Source: Cyanophora paradoxa CCMP329
Taxonomy: Eukaryota; Plantae; Glaucophyta
Direction of reading: 5' to 3'
DNA: 64,000 nt
Assembly: GCA_004431415.1 (NCBI GenBank)
Contig: QPMI01000054.1
Span: 310,001 to 374,000 of the forward strand
Both the position numbers and the translations under genes were made by a program. Positions 36,101-48,200 of this stretch are shown piece by piece; within the stretch, counting starts at the first letter, position 1, and each line of letters begins with the position of its first letter. The notes beneath the pieces are model-generated. The model was not told the DNA's origin. It worked only from the letters and a program-made list of their open reading frames with translations, and ran no database searches.

Positions 36101-38142
36101 GCGTGACGCTCGCCGACTCCGACTCGATCGCCACGGGCGGCTCCTGGTGGTGCGCCGCCCCCCGCCCGGCCCGCCCCCGCCCCCGCTCCCGCCCCCGCTG
36201 AGGCGGCCGGCAGCCTGGCCGTCTACAACAGCGACTACTTCACCTCGTCGGAGCTCACCTTCTCCCTCCGCATCACCAGTGCGCGCGCGCCCGGCCCCTC
36301 GCTCGGCTTCGCCCCGGGGCTTCGAGCGCGGGGCGGCAGCGTGCGGGCTCTCGTGCAGCAACAACGGCGTCTGCCGCGACGGCAAGTGCCAGTGCTTCTT
36401 CGGCTGGACCGGCTCCGACTGCGCCACCAGTGCGCCCCCCCGCGCCGGCCCCGCGCCCGTCCCGGCCGCCCGCCGGGCTCTGCTCCGCTCACGCCGGCCG
36501 GCTCCGCGGCGCAGCGACGTGCCAGAAGGGGACCCTCGACATCCTCCGGGGCGTCTGCAACTGCCAAGACGGCTGGACCGGCCTCAACTGCGACGAGCAG
36601 GGTGCCCCCTGCCTCCCCCCCGCTCGCCCGCGCGCTCGCCTGGCCGACGCGGGGCCGCGGGCAGCGCGGCCGCCGGCGGCGATCGCCCTCTCCGTCATCG
36701 TCGTCTCCGTGCTCTCCTGCTTCCTAATGTGCCTCTGCGTCTTCGTCTGGTGGCGCATCCGCAAGGCCCGCCCCCCGCGCCCGCCCCGCGCCCCCTCTCG
36801 GGAGGGCGCCCCGGACTGACGGCGCACCCCCCCTCAGGCACGGGAGCGCGTGCGGGCGATCGAGGTCGTCCTTCAGAACGCCGTCGACGCCCATGAGCTC
36901 CAGGTACCCCCCGCGTGGCTTTTTGGGGGTACCCCCGTGACCCCGGGCGAAGGGGGGCCAGGCGCAGTCCGCGGGACCTCCTCCCCCCCAGGGCCTTCCC
37001 CGACAGGTCCGCCCCTCCTCAAACCCCTGGGGGCCCCATGTTGCGATCCGGTACCCCCCCGCAGGTCATCCACGTCTTTCCGGCGTACCCCTTCCGCGAG
37101 GGCTCCATGCCGAAGGAGAACGCGACGTGCGCGCCCTCTCCGTGCCCGCGCTCCCCGCCCCCGACACGCGTACCCCCCTCAGGTGCTCGGTGTGCCTGGG
37201 GGACTACACCGAGGGCGAGCAGGTCCGGATGCTGCCCTGGTGCGCCGTAGTACCCCTTCCCCTCCCCTCCCTTCTTCCATCGCTCACTCCTGTACCCTTC
37301 CTCAGCCTGCACGTGTACCACGTCGCGTGCATCGACGAGTGGCGAGCCCTGCCCTTCCGCTTTCCTCCCAAAGCTGCGCGTACCCCCTCGGCCGTCGTGA
37401 CGCCGGGGGCGGCAGGCTCTCGAACCACACGACGTGCCCGCTCTGCAAGCGGGACCTGACGGAGTACTCGGCGGCGGAGGGCCAGGTGCCGGCCGTCGTC
37501 GGGCCGGCGGACCCCCTCGCCGCGCGCCCGCCCGGCGCCTTCGCGCCCCAGAGCGCCGTCCTCGCCGTCGGCGCGAGCTCCGACAGCAGCGCCGGCAGCC
37601 TGCACGACCCGGGGCCCGGGCTGGGCCCGCGCGCAGCTCGAGGCGGGCCGCCCGCGAGGAGGCCCCCACGCCGCCCCTGCCCGGGCCACCACGGGGGACA
37701 GGACGGCGAGCCGGAGAGCCCGCCGAGCGCCTCGCCCCTCCCCTCGGCGAACCGGGCCCAGATAGGGCCCACTACAGCCGCCCCCGGCCCCGCCCCCGCC
37801 CGGCAACGCCGCGACCATCGTGCCCCGCCCCGGTGCGCGTACCCCCGCCCGTCCGCGGCGGCGGCCACCGCTGAGGGCGCTGCGGCAGGGCCGCCCCCTC
37901 GGTCTCGCCGGTCCCGGCGGGCCCCTCGGCCCCGCGGCGCAGCCGCCTGGGTGGGCGGCGCGCAACGGGTGGGGTGCCGCGGCGCCGCCCCCGCCTGGGC
38001 GCTCGGCGGGGGCGACGCGGCAGCCCCCCGCGGCTCGCTTTCCATCGTCGACGGCCGCCGGCCCGATGTTCATAGGGCCCCCGCCCGGGCCCGAGCCGCC
38101 CCTGCCTTCGGGGCAGCAGCCCAGGCGATAGCGAGCGTCTAG
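33141..38142 (+). CDS. Type-I membrane RING-H2 E3 ubiquitin ligase with CUB + PPC-like + 4 EGF-like ectodomain
   Basis: Signal MGLASVRILIGALVLLTGSFALAQ; CUB (CDWLL...VALSLDSFDLKAGQYIHVYDG...LLATFTG...FSASYQ); EGFs (CSGKGTC..GLCACDATFIDVDC; CNRSTGNCDC; CSNNGVCRDGKCQCFFGWTGSDC; GVCNCQDGWTGLNC); TM IALSVIVVSVLSCFLMCLCVFVWW-RIRK; RING-H2 [42 protein letters not shown]. The 3' end is approximate. Confidence 0.88.
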
Positions 38143-38596
38143 GTCATTTTTTCCAGCTTCGTTTCGATCGGCAGGCCCAGCCCTGTAGGTAGATCTGTAT
38201 CTGGCATTAATATTCAATGATTCAAGAGAGACCATGGTCGATCAGCTTCGCACCGCAGTTCTGGACCCAGATCTACTAGTACGAGCCGCAGCCGCGCCGG
38301 CTCTTGAGATCGAGCTCGACGAGCGCAAGCCCCGTTTCTCATATACATCATATGCGCACGCATTTGCACTGCGGCATCGTTTACATCATATGCGCACGCA
38401 ATTTCGAAGAGTGTATCGTTTCGATCGGCAGGCCCAGTTCCATTGCCGCAGGCCAGAGTTCATGATTGCGCGCACCGCGGCTCGCTTCCTGGCCGAGTTC
38501 GCAGGAGCGCGAAAACGAAGGTGCCCCGTTGGCGCTGATGCGCGAGCCGCAGATTTATATTTTGGCGCCTGTCCTGTACATCCTCGGGCTCGGGGC

Positions 38597-41500
38597 CTAC
38601 TTCACGGCGAGGACCAGCTCCTCGACGTGCTCGCAGAAGTGCCTCCCTGCGAGCCGCCTCAGCTGCAGGGGTGGGGACGGGCCGGCGCTGGGCGTGGGGT
38701 ACGGGGCCCTCACATTGCTCGGCGCCGCCGTCGCCGAGGGCGCTCTCGCGGCCCTGCTCGTCCCGCCAGGACAGAGAGTAGCTCTTGCCTGGCTCGCGAG
38801 GGGCCGCATCAGGCAACACAATCGGTGAGGGCAGGCGGCGGGGCCGGAGATTCTAATCGGGGGCCAAAATATGGGCCAGGGGGCGCGCACCGTCCAGGCT
38901 GAACCCGCCCAGGTGCGCCTTGCGCCGCTCGACCGCCTGCTCGATCTCGCCCCGGAGCCAGCGGTAGTTGCCCGCGTCGCCCTCAACCGGCAGCTGGCGG
39001 CGGGGGTCACGCTGCTTCGTTCGCCCTGCAGGGCGCAGCTGCGGCGCGGGCGCACTGTGACCGTGAAGGACCTCTCCGAGTCGATGACGACCTGACGAGC
39101 GGGGTGAGGGGGGGGCGCAGGGGGTACAGGGATCAGCCGGGGTACAGGGCGCGCGTGCACCTTCCTGTGGTGCATCAGGATCCCGTTCTGGTAGAAGCGC
39201 TGCGGCGCTCGCCCCGCTCAAGTCTGGGGGAGATCGCGCAACGCCGCGCGAGGACGCACCTTGATAATCCCCTTCTGAACGGGCTCCGCTATCGGTGCTA
39301 TGTCCTTCCTGCGATTCGAACCCGCGCATCAATGGGGCAGGAAAGTGCAGGGCGGGGCCGACGCACGAGGCCCCCCCCGAAGAACGCCGCGCCTGCGCCC
39401 CGCGCCCCGCGCCCTTGCCGGCGCCCTTGCCCTTGCCCCTGCCGCCCCCGCCCTTCTTCTTCCCCGCCGGCTTCTCGTCCCCGCTGCTCGCCTGCGCTCT
39501 CGACAGTCGGCTACCTAGGCGCTGGGGGCGCGTCACGGGCGGCGGCGCGCCTCCGAAGCCTCCTCGCCACCCTCGGACGCCTCGCTGCCCTCCTCCTCCT
39601 CCTCTTCCTCCTCCTCCTCTTTCTTGGCCTTCTTCGCAGGCGCGATCTGCGCTCAGGTAAGAGCGGGCGCAGCGCAGCGCGGCGGGGCGAGGGGCGGCGC
39701 ACCCGCTTCGGCTTCGCGGCTGCCCGCTTCTTCGTCCCGCTGGAGGCGCCCTCCTCCTGCGCCGGCGGGGCGGCTTAAGCGAGGGCGTCGGAGGCGGGCG
39801 GGCGGAAGGCGACAGCGCTACCTCGTCCTCGTCCTCTGCCTTGCGCTTGTTCCGCTGGGGCCTCTGCGCGATGCACCCGTGAGAGGGGCTGGGAGAGGAA
39901 GCGGGGCCCGGCGGACCGTCGCGGAGCGGTGCGGCGCGGCCTCCGCATCGCCGTCGCCGTCGCCGTCGCCGACGCCGACGTCGTCGCCGGAATCCGCGAG
40001 GGACCCTGCATGGCTCGCCTCGGCCCCCCGCCGCCCCCTTCGACGGAGGAGATGCACGCGGGGGGTACGCACAAAGGGACGCCTCGTTGTATGCGGACGA
40101 GGGCCCCCCGACGTGCTGCGGGGGTACGCGGTTTCGTTAGAAGCCGAAGAGGCGCCGGGGGTACGGGGAGGGGACGGGGCGGAAGGGGGGTACCTTGAAG
40201 CGGGAGGAGGGCCCCTTGCGGACGAGGAGGTCCCCTATGATGCGGCGCCACGTCTTCGCCTTCTCCTGCACGGCGGTCGGGGCGGGCCTGGAAGGGGCCC
40301 CCCAGGGCCCCGGGCCGGCCCCCGGGGCGCCCCTGGAGCGTCGGCTAGCCCTCGCGCCCGGAGGAGCAGAGGCGGGCGGACCTTCTTCCCGAGGAGGCTC
40401 GCCCAGTTCGCCTCGATGTGCGAGTCGATCTCCGTCTTGCTGCGCGGCGCAGTGCGCCTCCGCGTCAGGCGCGCGCCGAGGCACGAGAGGGGCTCGCCGG
40501 CAGGACTCGCTGCGCCCTCGGCGGCGGCGAGGAGGCGGGCTGAGCACCTGGCGCCGCTGCCCTTGTCCAGGGCGCCGATCGCGGCGCGGATCGCGTACGC
40601 CCAGGATCCTGCGCCCTCCCGCCCGCCGCCCGCCGTCTCCTTCGCCTCCGCTTTCTTGCCCTTCTTGGCCGGCGGCTCCGGCTTCTCCTGGGAGCCGAAC
40701 CGTCAGCGGTACGCCGGCACGGGCCGGGGTCCCGGACAAGGCGGACCTGCTTCGCCCGCTTGGCGGCGCGCTTCGCGGGGCTCGGGGCCCGCTCGTGGGA
40801 GCTCTCCTCCCCCTCCTCCCCCTCCTCCACATTCTGCCCCTTGCCGGCACCCTTCTTCGCCTCCGTCTTCTTCGCCGGGCTCGCCGCCGCCCTCTTCGGG
40901 CTCGCCGCCCGTTTCGCGGGGCTGGCCGCCGGTTTCGCAGGGCTCGCCGCCGCCCTCTTCGGGCTCGCCGCCGGTTTCGCAGGGCTCGCCGCCGGTTTCG
41001 CAGGGCTCGCCGCCGCCCTCTTGGGGCTCGCCGCCGGTTTCGCAGGGCTCGCCGCCGCCCTTTTCGGGCTTGCCGCCGCCCTTTTCGGGCTCGCCGCCGG
41101 TTTCGCAGGGCTGGCCGCCGGTTTCGCAGGGCTCGCCGCCGCCCTCTTCGGGCTCGCCGCCGGCTTCTTGGGGCTGGCCTGCGGCTTCCTCGGGCTCGCC
41201 GGCTCGCGCGGACTCAGCATGGCACTCTCCTGAGAGCGGCGCTCCTCAACACAGGGCTCGCGCAGGACAGGGCCGTTCCGGCGCACCACGGCTTCCTCCG
41301 AATCCTCCGACTCCTTTGCCTTCCTGGCGCGCTTCTGCGCCCCCGCTGGTCGGGCGTGCACGAGCGCGGCCGGTGGCGGTCGCCGCACCGCAGGTGCGCT
41401 CTTCTTTGCCGCCTTGCCGTCCGACGCGCCCTCCCCATCCTTCGCGAGCGCCCCTGCGGCGCTTCAGCGACGGCGCGCCGCGCCGTCCAATTTGGGGCGG

Positions 41501-41917
41501 GCTTACATGTAGAAGCGCCGTTGTAAGACGAAGTGGGACCGCCCATGTGCTGCCGGGCGCAAGATGAGACCGCATGCGACGCGACGGCGCGTGGCGCACT
41601 TTGAATTTGCCGCCGCCGCGTGGACCGAGGAGATCACCAACTATTCTCGTCCAAGTCTTGGCCTTCTCCTTCTTACCGAGCACTGCGTATGCGGGCGAAC
41701 CGGCGTTGGTACCGCCCCTGAGCAGGGGCGATTGGCGAGACGCATACGAGTCTCCCAGTTCGCTTCGATGTGCTTGTCGATGAGGACCTGCGAACACGTT
41801 CGAATTCCATCCGTGCAGCCGAGAATTTGAACGCGAACGAGCACGGACTTTCGAGACGCCCTCGCCATCGTCCAGCGCTTCAATGGCTGAGGTGATCGCC
41901 GAGACCCACAACGACAT
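38597..41917 (-). CDS. Linker-histone-H1-like chromatin protein with two globular domains, SP-x-K/R repeats, acidic tract and an extra C-terminal domain
   Basis: GD1 MSLWVSAITSAIEALDDGEGVSKVLIDKHIEANW..LGKKEKAKTWTRIVGDLL; GD2 SWAYAIRAAIGALDKGSGA.KTEIDSHIEANWASLLGKKEKAKTWRRIIGDLL; between them 16 xAASP(A/K)(K/R) repeats; then KKEEEEEEEEEE, GKKKGGGGRGKGKG and VVIDSERSFTVT..NYRWLRGEIEQAVERRK. Confidence 0.65.
40870..41205 (-). repeat. Coding 21-bp minisatellite (7-aa xAASPxK/R, 16 units)
   Basis: Alternating GGGCTCGCCGCCGCCCTCTTC and GGGCTCGCCGCCGGTTTCGCA units on the + strand. Confidence 0.92.
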
Positions 41918-42229
41918 CGCGGCCCGGCCCGTGCTTGCAGTTCGAACGGCGTGTGGCGGTACCCGTCCTCGACGCGTGTGCAGCGCAGGCCGCCTCAACC
42001 GTGTGTGCAGGCCGCCTCAACTGCGAGCTCTGACGCTCCGTATCAAGCTCTGTATCAAGCCAGACCCGTGCAGTTGGCCGTCAGCTGGCGACTACCAGTT
42101 GGCACGCAGGTTATGACCTTGCGGAGCGGTCCGCAACCGCGCTAGGAGAGTCGGGATGCGTCTTCAGCGCTATGGAAGCGCTCAGACGGCGGGGGCGCGA
42201 CTCGTCTGTTAGACGCTTCGACCACCAGC

Positions 42230-45200
42230 ATGCCCAACCAAAGCCTCCCGCGACCGCCTAGTATGGGCGTAATGCCCGAAGACAGGAGCTTAACGCCGGA
42301 GAAGAGTCCAAGGGACGACCCGACCTCGAGCGAGGACGACGAATGCGAGGAGCCGACAATCGGCCGCATGCTGGAGGCCGATGGAGCCCCGCAGCCGGAC
42401 GAAGGAACACGTTGGGGCATCGACCGTGGCGAGGTGCTCGACGTGGATACCATCCGGAGTGCAGGCAGGCGGCTCGTGGCGCTCGTCCGCCGGGTCACCT
42501 CGATGCGGTGGAAGGCGCCGGAGCTCGAGAAGGAGATGCGCCACGTGCCCATAAACGGCGACCTTGCTGTGACGAAGGACTTCTGCACGAACTACATCAG
42601 GTTTGCATCCCCGTGTTCGCGCGCGCCTGCAGCATCCCACCGACGCGAGCGCTCGCGCGCAGCACGACCAAATACTCCTTTGTATCGTTCCTGCCCATGT
42701 GCTTCCTGTTCAACATCTTCCGGTAAGCTACCTCGCCCCGCGCGCGGCTGCTCGACCCGACCGAGTCCACGCCGCAGCCTTGCGAACTTCTACTTTCTCA
42801 TCATCGGTATCCTGTCCTACTTCCCCGAGGTGCGGCGCTCCCAGCTGCGGTTTTTCCGCCCCGGCCGAGCCGAGCCGGGCCCGCCGCAGGTCTCCCCCTT
42901 CGACCAGTCCAGCCGCTACTCCACTCTCTCGACGCTCGCCGTCGTCGTGAGCGTGAGCATGATCAAGGAAGGTGCGCAGGGGACGACCGCAGCGCCGAAC
43001 CGCGGGCCTCGACCCACGCGTGCGCGCGCGCGCGCGCGCCGCCCCGCAGCGGTGGAGGACTTCGAGCGGTACAAGTCGGACCGCGAGATGAACGGGAAGG
43101 AGACGGACGTCCTCCGGGGCACCCAGTTCGAGCGGGTCCGCGTTTCTCCGGGCTCCCCCGCCCCCCGCGCCGCCGCGCGCGGCCGACGCGCGCGGCGCAG
43201 ACGCCGTGGCGGGACGTGCGGGTCGGGGACGTGATCCGCGTGCGGGCGGACGAGCAGCTGCCGGCGGACATCGTGCTCCTCTCCAGCTCCGGCAAGGACT
43301 CCAGCTGCTTCGTCGAGACGGCCAACCTCGACGGCGAGACGAACCTGAAGGTGGCCCTCTCGGCCGCCCCGTGGGCCGCCCCGCCACCGCCTCGTGACCG
43401 CCGCCGCGCTCCAGATCAAGAAGGCGCTGGCCGACACCGCGCCGGCGGGGGACCAGCCCGCCGCCCTCGCGCGCATCAAGGGTCCGCGCGGCCCGCCCCG
43501 CGCCGCCGCCTCCGCCCCTCCCGACGCCGGCCGCAGGCGAGGTGGAGTGCGAGCCGCCGTGCGCCGCGCTGTACACGTTCACAGGGCGCCTCTCCGCCAT
43601 CGGCTGCCCCCTCTCCCCCGACGCCAACTGCGTCTGCCCCATCGACCTCGCGAACGTCCTGTGGCGGGTGCGCGGCTCGGCGGGCGTCGGGCGCCGCCGC
43701 CGGCTCGTTCCGTCGCCTGCGCGGCCTAACTGAGGCCCCGCAGGGCTCGTGCGTGCGCAACACGGACTGGGCAATCGGGGTGGTCATCTACAGCGGGCAC
43801 GACACGCGCGTCCTCCGCAACTCGCAGGAGAAGAAGCGCAAGGCGAGCCCGTAACCCCGCCGCGCCTTCGCCGCGGTCGCGCGCCCCCGCCCGTCTGAGC
43901 GCGCGCCCGGGCAGATATCGAACCTGGAGCTCCTTATGAACCGCCAGCTCTGGGTCGTCTTCTCCGTCCTCATCTTCCTCGCCTCCGGTACCCCCCCGCG
44001 CTAGAACCAAGCTTGATCCCGCGCGTATCCCCCGTGACCCGGTACCCCCTCAGGCTCCGCCATCGGCAACTACGTCTGGCTCCGCCTCAACGAGGGGGCC
44101 TGGTACATGGAGTACCCGTCCAACCCCTCCGCCTCCTCCGCGCTCCGCTTCCTCACATTCATCGGTACCCCGGCTCCATCCTGCCCTCGTTCTCAGCCAC
44201 CTTGCAAGGCTGACCTCCCCTCCCTCCCCGCCCAGTCCTCTACTCGTACATCGTACCCATCTCGCTTTACGTGTCCGTTGAGATCGTCAAGGCTGCCCAG
44301 GTACCGTACCCCTCCCCAAACAGACCCTACCCCGCTCTTCCTAACGGGACGAAACCCAGGCCATGTTCGTCAACTGGGACATAGGCCTCTACGACCCGGA
44401 GACGGACACGCCCGCCCGCGCCCGCACCTTCAACATCAACGAGGAGCTCGGCCAGGTCAGCCTACCTTTTTCCCTGTACCCCGGCGCTGCCCCCCTTCCC
44501 TCGCGTGGCCGCCCCCCTCACTTACGTCCCGTTTCAGATCCAGTACGTGTTCAGCGACAAGACGGGCACGCTGACGCGCAACGAGATGCGGTGCGCTGCT
44601 CTCGAGTCGACGAAGATGGCCGCTGTCACTGCTCCCTGCGCTCTCTGAGCCGCCCCGCCCCGCAGCTTCGTGAAGTGCTCGGTGGGGGGCATCCTCTACG
44701 GCGCCGACGAGAAGGACCACGACTGGCTGGCGGGGGGCGGCGCGGGCGCCCCGCACGGCCGCCGCGGCCAGAGCGCCACCGCCGCCGCCCCCGCCTCCCT
44801 CTCGCCCCGCACGCAGCGGCTCTGGGCCGCCGGGGACGGCCCCGCGCCCCGCGCCGACGGCGTCTCGACGCGGTCGCGGTCGGAGCCGCTGCCGGGGGCG
44901 GCGGACAGCACGGCGCCGGCCGTGAGCGCGCGCTCGAGCCTCACGCGGCGCCGCCTCGGCTCGGACTCGCCCGTGTACGACATCGGGGGCGGCATCATCC
45001 TCCCGAAGTCGGGGGCCGGGGAGGCCGAGGGGACGCCGGGGGAGCGGGCGTCGACGCGGAGCGGGGCGGGGGCGCGGGCGTCGCTGCGCGGGGAGGCGAT
45101 CGAGGGCCCGGGGGCGCGGGCGCTGGGGGAGGTGACGGAGGACATCCGGGGGGGCCGGGGCTGCCTCCAGGCCGACCGCGTCCGCGACCTCCTCGCCATG

Positions 45201-48200
45201 ATGGCCGTGCGCGCCCCTCGCGATGGCAAGGGCGCCTCCTCCTCCTCGTCTGCTGACGGGCGGGCGGGCGGGCGGGGGCGGCGGCAGGTGTGCCACACGG
45301 CGCTGATCGCGCCGGACCCGAAGCACGCGGGGCGCATCCGCTACGACGCGGCGAGCCCCGACGAGGGCGCCCTCGTCGAGGCCGCCAGGCGCGCCCCGCC
45401 CCCTTGCCTCCCCACTCGACCCGACCCGACCTGAGGGGGCGCCGCGCAGGGCCGCCGGCTTCGTCTTCGCCTCCCGCGGGGAGGGCACCGCCGTCGTCGA
45501 CGCCGCCGGCGTCACCCTCACCTACGAGGTCCCCGTACCCCCCTCCCAGCGTTGCGCACGTCCGAGTGGCGCACCCCCCCGCAGATCCTCCACATCCTCG
45601 AGTTCAGCTCCGACCGGAAGCGCATGTCCATCATCTGCAGGGACCCCTCCGGTGCCCCGCGCGCCTTCCTTGGACCCGCCCATCTGCCGGGCGGCCTCTG
45701 ACGAATCCACGCCTTCCCTTCCTCGCCTCCGCAGGCCGCCTGATGCTCTTCTGCAAGGGCGCCGACTCTGTCATCTTCGAGCGGGCCGCCCCCGGCGACC
45801 CCATGATCGAGCCGACCACCACGCACCTCGAGGTCCGCCCCCGTACCCCCCGGCCCCGCCCCCCCCGCCGAATCGCGCCCGAGCCCGTCTCCGCTTCCCC
45901 CGCAGTGCTTCGGCTCCCAGGGGCTGCGCACGCTCGTCTTCGCCAAGGCCGAGCTGGACGAGGGGCGGTGCGCGCGCCAGCCCGCGCCCCGCACCGCCGG
46001 CCGCTGAGCGCGTACCCCCCACAGGTTCATGCAGTGGGAGTCGCGCTACGCGGAGGCGTCCCTCGCCCTCGCGGACCGCCGCGCGAAGGTGCCGCTCCCC
46101 GCACCTCTCCGCCATCCGCGCACCCTCTCCGCTGAATGGGCGTACCCCAGATGGACGCCTTGGCCGCCGAGATCGAGGTCAACCTTCAGGTCCGCCCGCG
46201 GCGTACCCCTCCGAGCCGGGCCGCGGGGGAGCCCACGTGCCCGCCCTTGCAGGTCGTGGGCGCCACGGCGATCGAGGACCGGCTGCAGGAGAAGGTCCCC
46301 GAGACGCTGCGGGCCCTCCAGGAGGCCTCCATCAAGGCCCGCGCGCCCCCCGGCCTCGTTCGCGCGCCCGCCGCTGCTGACGGGGCGTGCCGGGGGCAGG
46401 TGTGGGTGCTCACGGGGGACAAGCAGGAGACGGCCGTGAGCATCGGCTTCTCCTGCGGCATCCTCCACGAGGAGCAGGAGCTCATCCTCCTCAACGAGAC
46501 CACCCCCGAGGCCCGCCGCTCCCTCCCTCCTCCTCCTCCTCTTCCTTTGGTGTAGCCCCCCTCGACCGCGCCGGGCGCAGGGGGCGGTGGAGGCGGTGCG
46601 GACGCTCGCGCGGCAGCACTGCGGGGAGAAGGCGGCGAAGCGGCAGAGCCTGCGGGAGCGCTTCTGGACGGACCGCGAGCGCGAGGGGCGCGAGCCCGGC
46701 GCGGGGGCGGGGCGCGGCTTCGGCGGGTCGAGCATGGGCACCGCCAACCCCAGGCGAGCGCCCGCCCGCCCGCCCGCCCCGGGCCGCGGCGCCGGCCGCC
46801 GAGGCCGCTCTGCAGCGTGGACCTCTCGGGGCGGGAGGAGGTGCTCGCCGCCGCCCTCGCCCAGGCCGCCGGCCAGGAGCCCCGTGCGCCCCCTCCGCCC
46901 CCGCTACCCCCGCTCTCTTCCCCCCGCTCACCCCGCCGGCCGCAGCGGGGCGCGCCGGCGCCAAGGCCAACGGGAACGGGAACGGGAACGGGGCCGCCGC
47001 CGCCGCCGCTGCCGGCTCGGGCCCCGCGGCCCCCAGCGGCGTGCACCACACCCGCAAGCCGGCCATCATCGTGGACGGTGCTCACCCCCCCCTCGCCCTC
47101 CCCCCTCGCCCTCCGTGCGGGGCTCATCGGGGGGCGGGGCGGGGCGGCAGGGGCGACGCTGGGGTTCGTGCTGGAGAGCGACGAGGCCCGGCCGGCCTTC
47201 CTCCGCCTCGCCCGCCGCTCCGCCACCGTCATCTGCTGCCGCGTCTCCCCGCTCCAGAAGGCCCAGGCCCGCCCTTCCTCCTCCCCCTTCCCTCCCCGAA
47301 CCAGGGGCCGCCCCGCCGCCCCGCCCTCTCCTCGGCTGACGGGGCGGCGCGGCGCTGGCGGCAGGTCGTGCGGCTGGTGCGGCGGGCGGAGCGGGCGATC
47401 ACGCTGGCCATCGGGGACGGCGCCAACGACGTCGGCATGATCCAGGCCGCCCACGTCGGCGCGCCCTCTCCTAGCCCCCTCCCTCGCGCTGCTCCGCGAC
47501 CGCCTCGTCTGACCCGCTCCGCTCGGCTCTCCGCTCGCAGGGGTGGGGATCTCGGGGAAGGAGGGGATGCAGGCGGTGCTGGCCTCGGATTTCGCCATCG
47601 CCCAGTTCCGCTTCCTGCGCCGCCTCCTCTTCGTGCACGGCCGCTGGTCCTACAAGCGCACCGTCAAGCTCATCCTCTACTCCTTCTACAAGGCGCGCTC
47701 TTTGAAATGCTAAGAAGCCTCGCAATCCTCGTTAAGCTCAGCCGCTCCCCCGCGCAGAACAACATCATCTGCTGGCTCTTCTTCTGGTGGACGATCCGCA
47801 ACGGGTGGTCGGGCCAGACCCTCTTCGACGGGTGGACGCAGGCGAGGCCGCCCGCCTCCCTCCCCCCCGCCCCCCGCCGCGGGCCGCCGCCTCACGGGCC
47901 GCCGCGCAGGGCCTCTACAACGTTGTTTTCACCTCCGTCCCCATCCTCGTGCTCGCCACCCAGGTCCGCCCCGCCCCGCCCCGCCCCGCCCCGCCCGCCC
48001 CCTCGCGCACGAGAGGAGGAAGAGCCGAAAGAGAGCCACGCGAAAGAGAGTTACGGGAAAGAGAGTCATGGATTAAGGAAAAGACCAAAGAGGGGGCGGC
48101 GAGGCTGACGCGGGGGCCCCTCAGGACCAGGAGAACCCCGCGCACGTGCTGGAGAACAACCCCCGCATCTACACCCTGGGCCTCAAGAACACGGGGGTGC

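Noticed and set aside
38466-38828. Plus-strand membrane-protein-like ORF (MREPQIYILAPVLYILGLG...)
   Set aside because: Overlaps the apparent last exons of the minus-strand H1-like gene and has no independent support; not fully excluded.
40760-41233. Plus-strand hydrophobic FAGLAAALFGLAA repeat protein
   Set aside because: Antisense of the SPxK repeat exon; intron polarity supports the minus strand.
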